DNA of 39,949 bases from contig DAINRK010000001.1 in the NCBI GenBank assembly GCA_036741855.1, positions 1-39,949 of the forward strand, given 5' to 3'. Of the stretch, positions 27,789-36,429 are shown piece by piece (the stretch's first letter is position 1; every line of letters starts with the position of its first letter). Position numbers and translations under genes: made by a program. The DNA comes from Anaerolineales bacterium (GTDB lineage Bacteria > Chloroflexota > Anaerolineae > Anaerolineales > Villigracilaceae). A model generated the notes under the pieces. It ran no database searches, was not told the DNA's origin, and saw only the letters and a list, made by a program, of their open reading frames with translations.

Positions 27789-28958
27789 ATGAGAAAGAAA
27801 TTTGTATTTGTAATTATGATCGTACTTGCCACTATTGTATTGAGCGGATGTACTGGCGCGGTTGCATGGCCCGGTCTCGGTGCAGATGAGCAGACTGCTT
27901 ATTTGGCAAATGGTCAGTTTGTTTATGCTCTCAACTCAAGCGATGGCAAAGAACGCTGGCATTATCCCCTGCAGGCCGATTCCAAACTGACTTTTTATTC
28001 GCCTCCTGTGGTGACTCCAGAAGGGCTCGTCATTATCGGCAGTTCAGGTATCAACCACAGTTTGATTGCGGTTAACCCTCAAAAATTTCCTGATATCCTG
28101 CCTGCACCGGTCGGTGGATTCCAAAGGTTTTTCTGTAGTATTGGTTTGGCGATTTGCCCCAAACCTGTTGAAGTCGAAGAGTGGATCTTCACTGAAGCGA
28201 AAGATCATTGGGTGGCTGGACCACTGGCTTTGGATGGCAAATTATTCGCTCCCAACGCAGATGGCAACTTATATGTGCTTGATCTGAACGATGGTCGGCT
28301 AATAAAAAAAATCGCTCTGGATGGCGAGTCAAACCGTCCAAACCGGCTTTGGGCACAACCAATCACCGATGGCGAACGTATCTTTGTTACATCTCTGGAC
28401 CACAGTGTTTATGCAATTGATATCGAAACCCATGAAATCATCTGGCATGAGGGTCTGGGTGGCGCTATCCCGGGCGGAGCCGTACTTGCCTCCGATGGCA
28501 TGTTGTATGCTGGTTCCCTCTCAAAACAATTGGAAAGATTCGACCCAGCTACTGGCGCGCATGAGCCTGTACTAGATACCAAGGGCTGGATATGGGGAAC
28601 CCCCGTTTCGGAAGGCGATAACTTGTATTTCAGCGATGTAGATGGATATTTCTACTCGTATAATACGAAAAATCAAAAATTAGATTGGGAACCCGTAAAA
28701 CCCGATAGTGCCATTACGGCCAGCCCTCTTGCACAGTCTGACAATGTTCTGCTTGCCACCGAATCGGGCAATGTTTATTCCGTTGACCCTGATGGCAAAG
28801 TCGCCCTCTGGTATGATGAACCCAGCGATGGCAAGGCATACACCACTCCTGTTTCTTCAGACGGGCATATTCTTATTGCCTACCTTGAAGCAGATTATTT
28901 TCTCCTCGCCCTGAACGAAGATGGTCATCAGGCGTGGACTTTCCCCTCACAGCAGTAA
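27789..28958 (+). CDS. PQQ-like (BamB-like) beta-propeller lipoprotein
   Basis: MRKK, hydrophobic stretch and lipobox LSGC; repeated blades (VYALNSSDGKERW, LYVLDLNDG, VYAIDIETHEIIW, WGTP). Confidence 0.88.
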   Translation: MRKKFVFVIMIVLATIVLSGCTGAVAWPGLGADEQTAYLANGQFVYALNSSDGKERWHYPLQADSKLTFYSPPVVTPEGLVIIGSSGINHSLIAVNPQKFPDILPAPVGGFQRFFCSIGLAICPKPVEVEEWIFTEAKDHWVAGPLALDGKLFAPNADGNLYVLDLNDGRLIKKIALDGESNRPNRLWAQPITDGERIFVTSLDHSVYAIDIETHEIIWHEGLGGAIPGGAVLASDGMLYAGSLSKQLERFDPATGAHEPVLDTKGWIWGTPVSEGDNLYFSDVDGYFYSYNTKNQKLDWEPVKPDSAITASPLAQSDNVLLATESGNVYSVDPDGKVALWYDEPSDGKAYTTPVSSDGHILIAYLEADYFLLALNEDGHQAWTFPSQQ

Positions 28959-28967
28959 TGAGGCTTT

Positions 28968-29849
28968 ATGAAGAATACAACAAATAAAACACAAACACAG
29001 GTGCAGCAACCTGAATTGCCGCAGGGCTTATCACGTGAATCACTGAAAACTGTAGCAGTTATTGGGATTTTAGTACTCGCTTTTTTGCGCTGGAATGATG
29101 TAATTGCCATTCTAGTCAATGTGATGATATTAATCTATAGCCTGGTTGGACAGAATTTCGGTATTGCGCTTATTCTGTTTACAATATTGATCCGCCTTGT
29201 CACATGGCCATTGAACGCGCAACAAATGAAGGGTGCAGCTGCCATGCAGCAATTGCAGAATGACAAGGAATGGCTGGCTATTCAAAAGAAATACGCAAAA
29301 GACCGGGAAAAACTCGCTCAAGAGCAAATGCGTATCTACCGAGAGAAGGGTATCAACCCATTTGGCTCATGTCTGCCCACACTGATTCAATTCCCCATTT
29401 TATTTGCATTGATTCCGAGCATAACGTATGCCATTGGCTCTACGCCGTTGAGCATTCTTAAGCTTTCGCGAAGTGTATATCCTTTCCTGGATGTGGCTAA
29501 GTTAGTTCCGCTGAACAGTAAGTTCTTATGGATGGATTTGGGCTTGCCTGAAAGGACTCTATTGTTTGGGCTTTGGAGTATTCCAGTCCTTGCAGTAATT
29601 GTGGGACTTACTACATATATCCAAACCAAACTCACGATGCCACCCTCTACCAACCCCAACGACCAGGCAGCGGCAACAGGTAAAATGATGGGCATTTATA
29701 TGCCAATCATGCTCTTCTTCTTCTCTCTCAACTACGCTTCTGGCCTGGCTGTATACTTTATAATCAGCAACATATTGAGCATTGTTCAATATTCATTAAT
29801 GGGCAAGGTCAATTGGCGCAATCTTTTACCTGGCGGACAAAAAAAGTAA
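28968..29849 (+). CDS. yidC: Membrane protein insertase YidC/Oxa1 (short form)
   Basis: FGIALILFTILIRLVTWPL, GINPFGSCLPTLIQFPIL, SGLAVYFIISN. Confidence 0.95.
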   Translation: MKNTTNKTQTQVQQPELPQGLSRESLKTVAVIGILVLAFLRWNDVIAILVNVMILIYSLVGQNFGIALILFTILIRLVTWPLNAQQMKGAAAMQQLQNDKEWLAIQKKYAKDREKLAQEQMRIYREKGINPFGSCLPTLIQFPILFALIPSITYAIGSTPLSILKLSRSVYPFLDVAKLVPLNSKFLWMDLGLPERTLLFGLWSIPVLAVIVGLTTYIQTKLTMPPSTNPNDQAAATGKMMGIYMPIMLFFFSLNYASGLAVYFIISNILSIVQYSLMGKVNWRNLLPGGQKK

Positions 29850-29864
29850 CATAAGGAGGCGGGT

Positions 29865-30632
29865 ATGAACGAAAAAACCACACTTGAGATCATCGCTCCT
29901 ACTGTTGAAGAGGCCATCGCGCAAGGTCTTGCGGAGTTGGGACTCTCAGCCGATGCAGTGAGTGTTGAAGTGTTGGATGCGGGTAATAAAGGTCTGTTTG
30001 GATTTGGAAAGCACCAGGTGCGTGTCCGTTTGACGGTGAATCCACCGGGCAGCACGGAGAGCCTCCAAACGGATTCGGTCCCCGCATCGATGCCTGAGGC
30101 GAAGCCTGTTCCTGTTATGTCCTCCACACCCTCCAAGGAATCTGAATCACAGCTCGAACACGACCCAGTACTCGACCATACTGAGTCGGTGATCTCCAAA
30201 ATGCTACATCTCCTCAAGCTTCAAGCGCAGGTCTCCGCGCATTATGGATCAGCCGAACGAGATGGAAGACGCAACATCAACGTGGATATTCGTGGTAATG
30301 ATCTGGGTGTGCTGATTGGACGCCGCTCTGAAACCTTAGGTGCCTTTCAATATATTGCTTCGCTGATTGTCGGTAAGGATACGCAACAGTTCGTGCAGCT
30401 CACTGTGGATGTGGAAGGTTATCGCGAGCGCCGGGAAAAACAATTGATTCAGATGGCAAAGCGTATGGCAGACCAGGTCGCCAAAAGCGGGCGACGCCAG
30501 ACTCTAGAACCGATGCCATCCGGTGAGCGCCGCATCATTCACATTGCCTTGCGCGATCACCCGGATGTGACAACGGAAAGTACCGGTGATGATCCTTATC
30601 GCAAGGTAACGATTATCCCGAAAGATTCGTAA
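29865..30632 (+). CDS. jag: RNA-binding protein Jag/EloR (KhpB): Jag_N-KH-R3H
   Basis: TVEEAIAQGL...KGLFGFG, LIGRRSETL, LEPMPSGERRIIH. Confidence 0.96.
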   Translation: MNEKTTLEIIAPTVEEAIAQGLAELGLSADAVSVEVLDAGNKGLFGFGKHQVRVRLTVNPPGSTESLQTDSVPASMPEAKPVPVMSSTPSKESESQLEHDPVLDHTESVISKMLHLLKLQAQVSAHYGSAERDGRRNINVDIRGNDLGVLIGRRSETLGAFQYIASLIVGKDTQQFVQLTVDVEGYRERREKQLIQMAKRMADQVAKSGRRQTLEPMPSGERRIIHIALRDHPDVTTESTGDDPYRKVTIIPKDS

Positions 30633-30636
30633 ATCC

Positions 30637-30673
30637 AAGTAGGGACACAGCCTCGCTGTGTCCCTACTTTTTT
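30637..30673 (+). terminator. Intrinsic terminator formed by a GTAG-type REP-like palindrome
   Basis: Perfect 15-bp stem AAGTAGGGACACAGC / GCTGTGTCCCTACTT with a CTC loop, then a T run, directly after the jag stop. Confidence 0.85.
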
Positions 30674-30692
30674 CTCACGGTATAATTCATTT

Positions 30693-31544
30693 ATGTCAAA
30701 CCTGGTTTCACTTGAGCCAGTGGATTATCTCGTGATCGGTCATGTCGCACATGACCTGACTCCAACGGGCCCGCGATTGGGAGGAACAGTTGCCTATTCT
30801 GCATTGACAGCGCGTGCACAGGGTATGCGTGTGGGGATAGTAACTGCATCTGGACCTGAAACGTCTCTTGAGCCTTTGAATGAAATCCCTGTTATTTCTC
30901 TTCCATCTCCACAAAGTACAACGTTTGAAAATATTTATACTGAACGAGGCCGCATACAATATTTGCGTGCGCAAGCTGCGCGAATTGATTATGACAGTAT
31001 CCCTACAGCCTGGCGAACTGCATCTATCATTCATCTTGGTCCTCTCGCAAATGAGATGAATTCAACTTTGCCAAAGGGATTTTCTCCAAGCCTGCTCGGG
31101 ATTACCCCACAGGGATGGATGCGCACCTGGGATGCTGATGGCAGGGTCTCACCTCGCGCGTGGACAGATAATGAAACCGCATTAGCACAGGCGGGTGCCG
31201 TCGTGATCAGCCGTGAAGATGTTGGCGGAAATGATGAGGTCATTGAACATATGGCGCATCAAACACGAGTTTTGGCAGTTACTGAAGGAGCAGCCGGCGC
31301 GGTCCTATATTGGCATGGCGACCGTCGTCGCTTCCGTGCACCCGAAATGAAGGAAATTGACGCCACCGGTGCAGGTGATGTCTTTGCAGCCACATTTTTT
31401 GTCCGTTTATTCAAGACGCGTGATCCGTGGGAGGCCACGCGTTTTGCGACTCTCGTTGCATCCCGTTCGGTGACGCGCGTTGGGCTGGATGGGATACCAA
31501 CACCGCGCGAGATCGAAGAATGCACCATAGAAATATTGCACTAG
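30693..31544 (+). CDS. PfkB family carbohydrate kinase
   Basis: GGTVAY, VTEGAAG and DATGAGDVFAA signature; TATAAT 6 nt before the ATG. Confidence 0.92.
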   Translation: MSNLVSLEPVDYLVIGHVAHDLTPTGPRLGGTVAYSALTARAQGMRVGIVTASGPETSLEPLNEIPVISLPSPQSTTFENIYTERGRIQYLRAQAARIDYDSIPTAWRTASIIHLGPLANEMNSTLPKGFSPSLLGITPQGWMRTWDADGRVSPRAWTDNETALAQAGAVVISREDVGGNDEVIEHMAHQTRVLAVTEGAAGAVLYWHGDRRRFRAPEMKEIDATGAGDVFAATFFVRLFKTRDPWEATRFATLVASRSVTRVGLDGIPTPREIEECTIEILH

Positions 31545-31554
31545 AGGAAAAGAA

Positions 31555-31992
31555 ATGCAAAATCAAAGCCCATCCTTATTTCGCATAATTTCCACTGATT
31601 ATCCTTCATACCTATCTGTTCTATTTCCTATTGTCTTCGTGGGCTTTACCATATATTTTTTTGCCATCGGGAATAGCGCGTTACAACTATTCTTGTTTCT
31701 TGCGATTGGTGTCACTATTATTGGTATACCAGTCTTGCTTCAGAGATATAAAACCATCTCATCTGTGTTTGCAAATGGCGAACAAACGAAAGGAGTGATA
31801 ACTTCCATTGGTTTCTTTCGCGGGCGTGGCAGTGTTGGCTATTCTTATTCCTTTCATGGAGAAAAATTGACGAGTAGTAATGCAATCAATAGAAACAGTC
31901 ACACCAGGAATCTTAGAGTGGGGCAGACAGTGAAAGTATTTGTAGACCCCGACAATCCAAAGCGGGCTTTTATTCAGGAAATTTACATGTGA
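31555..31992 (+). CDS. DUF3592-like membrane protein
   Basis: Two TM segments, then G..TKGVIT...YSYSFHG...VGQTVKVFVDPDNP; SD GAGG. Confidence 0.75.
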   Translation: MQNQSPSLFRIISTDYPSYLSVLFPIVFVGFTIYFFAIGNSALQLFLFLAIGVTIIGIPVLLQRYKTISSVFANGEQTKGVITSIGFFRGRGSVGYSYSFHGEKLTSSNAINRNSHTRNLRVGQTVKVFVDPDNPKRAFIQEIYM

Positions 31993-32008
31993 CGATGGAA
32001 GGTCTTTG

Positions 32009-32788
32009 GTGACTTATATTTATACCCTCGTCAATCAAAAGGGCGGCGTAGGAAAGACGACAACTGCCATCAACCTCGGCGCGTATCTCGCGCAGCTGGG
32101 TCAGCGCGTCCTGATCGTTGACCTTGACCCACAGGCAAACGCAACATCCTGTCTTGGTGTGGACAAACGCGCGGTGCAGATGGGCACTTATGAAGCGCTG
32201 CTCAATGGCGATTTACCTGCTTCTTCTATTCTTTTCAACGAACGTCTCCAACTTTCACTTCTGCCATCTTCGCCCTCGTTGGCGGGTGCAGAAGTTGAAC
32301 TTGTTGATGAATCAGTCCGCGAGTTTCGATTAAAAAATGCACTTGCATCTCTCAGCGGCAAATATGATTACATCCTGATCGATTGCCCACCATCGCTTGG
32401 CCTTTTGACTGTCAATGGCCTCGTCGCCGCGCGGGATGGCGTGCTTGTCCCTGTCCAATGTGAATACCTCGCGCTGGAAGGATTGGGACAATTAACTCAG
32501 ACGATCGAACGAGTCCAGTCCGCGCTCTTCCCGGGCTTGCGCGTGCGCGGCGTTATCCTGACAATGTTTGATCCACGTACCAAGCTTTCTGCAGATGTGG
32601 TAAGAGAAGTCAACAATCATTTTCCGGGACAGGTCTTCAAGAGCATTGTGCCGCGTAGTATCCGTTTGGCAGAGGCACCATCCTATGGACTTCCTATCTC
32701 TGCATATGCGCCGGTTTCTGTTGGCGCTCAGGCCTACCTCGCACTTGCAAAAGAATTGCTAAATGGCGATGGCGTTGCTGTTCGGTAA
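32009..32788 (+). CDS. parA: Chromosome partitioning ATPase ParA/Soj
   Basis: NQKGGVGKTTT, DLDPQAN, DCPPSLG, RLAEAPSYG; GTG start (alternative TTG 32006). Confidence 0.96.
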   Translation: MTYIYTLVNQKGGVGKTTTAINLGAYLAQLGQRVLIVDLDPQANATSCLGVDKRAVQMGTYEALLNGDLPASSILFNERLQLSLLPSSPSLAGAEVELVDESVREFRLKNALASLSGKYDYILIDCPPSLGLLTVNGLVAARDGVLVPVQCEYLALEGLGQLTQTIERVQSALFPGLRVRGVILTMFDPRTKLSADVVREVNNHFPGQVFKSIVPRSIRLAEAPSYGLPISAYAPVSVGAQAYLALAKELLNGDGVAVR

Positions 32789-32831
32789 TTGGGCAGATAC
32801 CCATCTTTACATCGCATTTTAAGGAGAATAT

Positions 32832-33680
32832 ATGCCTCCACGTTCCGGACTTGGCAAAGGATTAGATGCTCTTATCCCCACCGGTAAGACAGTAACATCA
32901 GGAGAAGCAAGTGGTGTTACACAAGTCGCCATTGACCTGATCCAGCGCAACCCGCGTCAGCCACGTGAAAAATTTGACCTGGAGGAATTGGAAAATCTTG
33001 CCGCGTCGATACGCGAGCATGGGGTTATCCAGCCATTGATTGTTTCACCAGGTAAAAATGGAATATATATCCTGATTGCAGGGGAACGACGCCTGCAAGC
33101 CTCCCGCAAAGCGGGATTAAGAACGGTCCCTGTAGTCATCCGTCATGCTACTGACCAGCAATTACTTGAACTTGCATTGATCGAAAACGTTCAGCGTGCT
33201 GATTTGAACGCGATCGAAGAGGCCGAAGCGTATCAACACCTGGAAAAGGAATTCAAACTCTCTCATGATGCAATCGCTGCCCGTGTCGGAAAAAATCGTT
33301 CCACAATAACAAACTCAATTCGATTGCTCGAAGCATCTGCTGCAGTTAAACAGGCACTGGTAAATGGGCAGATCACCGGAGGTCACGCACGCGCGATGCT
33401 GAAGTTAGCTGCAAAGGGACAGGAGGAATTGCTAAACAAGATCATTACTCTTGATCTGAGCGTGCGTACTACAGAAATGCTTTCAAGAAAATATTCAGGG
33501 CAGAAACCCGTATCAAAGAAAAAAACAAGCAGAAGCGCCAATGTGAACGATCTCGAGCGTCGTTTGCAATCCAGCCTGGGAACCAGAGTCGCTCTTAAGC
33601 ACGGCAAAAAGGGTGGAACCGTCACTATCTATTATTATTCCGATGAGGAATTGGATTCTTTGCTGGAAAAATTGACATAA
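32832..33680 (+). CDS. parB: Chromosome partitioning protein ParB/Spo0J
   Basis: GLGKGLDAL, NPRQPR, AGERR, LIENVQRADL; SD AAGGAG. Confidence 0.96.
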   Translation: MPPRSGLGKGLDALIPTGKTVTSGEASGVTQVAIDLIQRNPRQPREKFDLEELENLAASIREHGVIQPLIVSPGKNGIYILIAGERRLQASRKAGLRTVPVVIRHATDQQLLELALIENVQRADLNAIEEAEAYQHLEKEFKLSHDAIAARVGKNRSTITNSIRLLEASAAVKQALVNGQITGGHARAMLKLAAKGQEELLNKIITLDLSVRTTEMLSRKYSGQKPVSKKKTSRSANVNDLERRLQSSLGTRVALKHGKKGGTVTIYYYSDEELDSLLEKLT

Positions 33681-33719
33681 TACATTTCACAGATCAAAAA
33701 ATTTGCGTAGATTCAAAAT

Positions 33720-35303
33720 ATGAAACTCCTCTACAACGCTCACATCTACACTCAAGATGAATCACAATCCATCGCATCTGCCATTGTTATTGATCGCGAA
33801 CGGGTAACTGCGGTTGGTGATACGAATGATTTATTATCTCAATATCCAAACGCCGAAAAGGAGGATATGAATGGGCGTGTCATCTTGCCAGGTCTCACCG
33901 ATGCACATTTGCATTTGCATCATTATGCACTCAGTCTGCAAAAAATAGACTGTGAAACGAATACGAACGAAGAATGCCTGCGCCGCGTAGAAGAGCGTGT
34001 GAAGAAAGCTAAACCTGGCGAATGGGTTTTAGGCCATGGCTGGAATCAAAATGTGTGGGGCAATTGGCCGCACGCTTCTGAATTGGATGCAATCGCCCCA
34101 AACAACCCAATTTTCCTTACAGCCAAATCGCTACACGCAGCATGGGCAAATACTCTCGCGTTGAAGCTTGCCAACGTCACAACACAAACACTGGATCCCC
34201 AAAACGGACAAATCCAACGCGACGCAAAAGATAATGCCACTGGTATTTTGCTTGAAACCGCAATGGAATTGGTCGGCAATATTATTCCTGCGCCAGGCAT
34301 CGAAGAAATTGCAAATGCCATTGAAAAGGCACAATCCAATTTATGGAAGATGGGACTCACAGGCGTGCACGATTTCGACAGACGTGAATCGTTTATGGCA
34401 TTGCAGCGACTTCACGCGCAGGGCAAACTAAAATTACGGGTGCTCAAAAATATACCCGTTGAATTGCTCGACCAGGCATTTGAACTGGGTCTGCGCGCAG
34501 GCTTCGGCGATGACTGGCTGCGCATTGGCTCTGTCAAGGTTTTTATGGATGGTGCACTTGGTCCGCATACTGCAGCAATGTTCCAACCTTATATCGGAGA
34601 AGCTGACAACCGCGGCATCCTCAATATGGACGGTGAGGAACTCTTTGAATATGGACGCAAAGCCGCGCAAGTTGGGCTGGGGATGACCGTCCATGCGATC
34701 GGTGATCGAGCAAATCACGAAGTGCTGAATGCCTACGAGCAGCTGCGCACTTACGAAAACGAAAATCATTTCCCTACGCTTCGCCATCGCATCGAACATG
34801 TTCAGGTCATTCACCCGGATGACGCGTCACGCCTTGGCAGGATGAATATTATTGCCTCGATGCAGCCCATTCACGCGACCTCTGATATGCTGATGGCAGA
34901 TCAATTCTGGGGTCCGGAGCGTTCACGCCTGGCGTATGCTATGAAGACACAATTGGATTTCGGCGCGCGGCTTGCCCTCGGTTCAGATGCGCCGGTCGAA
35001 TCACCGAATCCGTTTTGGGGGTTGCACGCCGCGGTCACACGCCGGCGCGCTGATGGTTCCCCCTCACCCGATGGCTGGTACCCTGAACAAAAATTGAGCA
35101 TGGCTGAAGCAGTCGCTGGCTACACCCTCGGTCCTGCGTATGCCGCCAATATGGAAGACCGGCTGGGCAAGCTTGCCCCGAACTATCTGGCTGATCTGAT
35201 TGTGCTTGAAAAAGACATCTTCACTTGTAATCCAAATGATTTGCTTACGCTCGAATCATCGGCTACAATGATAGGTGGAGAATGGGTTTTTGAAAAACCC
35301 TAA
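33720..35303 (+). CDS. Amidohydrolase (YtcJ-like, amidohydro_3)
   Basis: PGLTDAHLH, KVFMDGALG, HAIGDRAN, RIEHVQ, GSDAPV. Confidence 0.93.
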   Translation: MKLLYNAHIYTQDESQSIASAIVIDRERVTAVGDTNDLLSQYPNAEKEDMNGRVILPGLTDAHLHLHHYALSLQKIDCETNTNEECLRRVEERVKKAKPGEWVLGHGWNQNVWGNWPHASELDAIAPNNPIFLTAKSLHAAWANTLALKLANVTTQTLDPQNGQIQRDAKDNATGILLETAMELVGNIIPAPGIEEIANAIEKAQSNLWKMGLTGVHDFDRRESFMALQRLHAQGKLKLRVLKNIPVELLDQAFELGLRAGFGDDWLRIGSVKVFMDGALGPHTAAMFQPYIGEADNRGILNMDGEELFEYGRKAAQVGLGMTVHAIGDRANHEVLNAYEQLRTYENENHFPTLRHRIEHVQVIHPDDASRLGRMNIIASMQPIHATSDMLMADQFWGPERSRLAYAMKTQLDFGARLALGSDAPVESPNPFWGLHAAVTRRRADGSPSPDGWYPEQKLSMAEAVAGYTLGPAYAANMEDRLGKLAPNYLADLIVLEKDIFTCNPNDLLTLESSATMIGGEWVFEKP

Positions 35304-35320
35304 TGGTTTTTCAAAAACTC
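35284..35320. repeat. Nested palindrome spanning the amidohydrolase stop codon
   Basis: GTTTTTGAAAAACC(35286-35299)/GGTTTTTCAAAAAC(35305-35318) perfect IR; the left arm GGGTTTTT-G-AAAAACCC is itself palindromic. Confidence 0.65.
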
Positions 35321-35399
35321 GTGAAATAGGTCTGGGCAGATGTGTTACTTGACAAACGATCTTGCGAGCAAGAGAAGCCTTTAGGGTTTTAATATCATC

Positions 35400-36425
35400 A
35401 TGCCAGAACAACCACGCCTCACACCTGAAATGCTTGTGCCGCGTATGGGGGAATATTTGATTCAGAAAGGTCTTATTAACACTGAGAATTTGCAGAAGGC
35501 GCTCGATCATCAGCAGGAGGAATTATTAAAAGGTAATTCGGTGATGCTGGGCCAGGCATTGATTGATTTACAGCTGATAGAACGCGCCGAACTTGACCAG
35601 GCTGTCACAGAGCAGATCATCCAGCTGCGTTCCGCGCTGCAAGCGGCAAATCGGACGCTTGAACGTCGTGTCGAAGAGCGCACTGCGGAATTGCAAAAAG
35701 CCCTGGAACGCGTTTCTGAACTTAGTCAGCTTAAGTCCAATTTCATTTCAAACATCTCTCATGAATTACGGACGCCCCTTACGCATATCAAAGGCTATAT
35801 CGAATTATTGATCACAGAATCCATGGGACCTATTGTGGAGGAACAGCGTCACGCGTTACAGATCAGCCAACAGTCAACAGCCAGACTCGAGGCGCTTATC
35901 GAAGACCTCATCATGGTTTCATTGGCTTCACGCGGTGAACTAAGCATCAACCAACAAGATGTGGATATCCGACGCCTGGCGAATCTTGCAGTTAAATCTT
36001 CCTCAAACAAGGCACAGGATCGCGGTGTGAATCTACACGCGGTGATCGATGATGACTTACCTCTCGTCCAGGCAGATTCGCAAAAGATCGCCTGGGTGGT
36101 GAATCAGCTTGTTGATAACGGGATCAAGTTTACGCCATCAGGTGGAAGCGTGGTAGTCAGCGTCCAGCGTGAAGGGGAAAATCTTGTCCTCGTATCCATC
36201 ACAGATACGGGGATCGGTATACCTCCAAATAAGATAAAAGATATCTTCGAGCCATTCCATCAACTGGACGGTTCATCCACACGTCGTTATGGCGGGACAG
36301 GGCTCGGGCTTTCGCTTGTGCGGGATATCATTGAAGCGCACGGTTCTATGCTGGATGTCCAGTCTATTGAAGGACGCGGCACTACATTTAAATTTCCTTT
36401 GCTTGTAACTGCTAATCCAAAATAA
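35400..36425 (+). CDS. Cytoplasmic histidine kinase with N-terminal MshEN-like motif
   Basis: RMGEYLIQKGLINTENLQKALDHQ; coiled coil LERRVEERTAEL; ISHELRTPL; DTGIGI; GGTGLGL. Confidence 0.92.
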   Translation: MPEQPRLTPEMLVPRMGEYLIQKGLINTENLQKALDHQQEELLKGNSVMLGQALIDLQLIERAELDQAVTEQIIQLRSALQAANRTLERRVEERTAELQKALERVSELSQLKSNFISNISHELRTPLTHIKGYIELLITESMGPIVEEQRHALQISQQSTARLEALIEDLIMVSLASRGELSINQQDVDIRRLANLAVKSSSNKAQDRGVNLHAVIDDDLPLVQADSQKIAWVVNQLVDNGIKFTPSGGSVVVSVQREGENLVLVSITDTGIGIPPNKIKDIFEPFHQLDGSSTRRYGGTGLGLSLVRDIIEAHGSMLDVQSIEGRGTTFKFPLLVTANPK

Positions 36426-36429
36426 ACGT

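Noticed and set aside
29025..29043. parS-like sequence (TTATCACGTGAATCA) inside yidC
   Set aside because: About four mismatches to TGTTTCACGTGAAACA and imperfect symmetry; compatible with chance in coding sequence.
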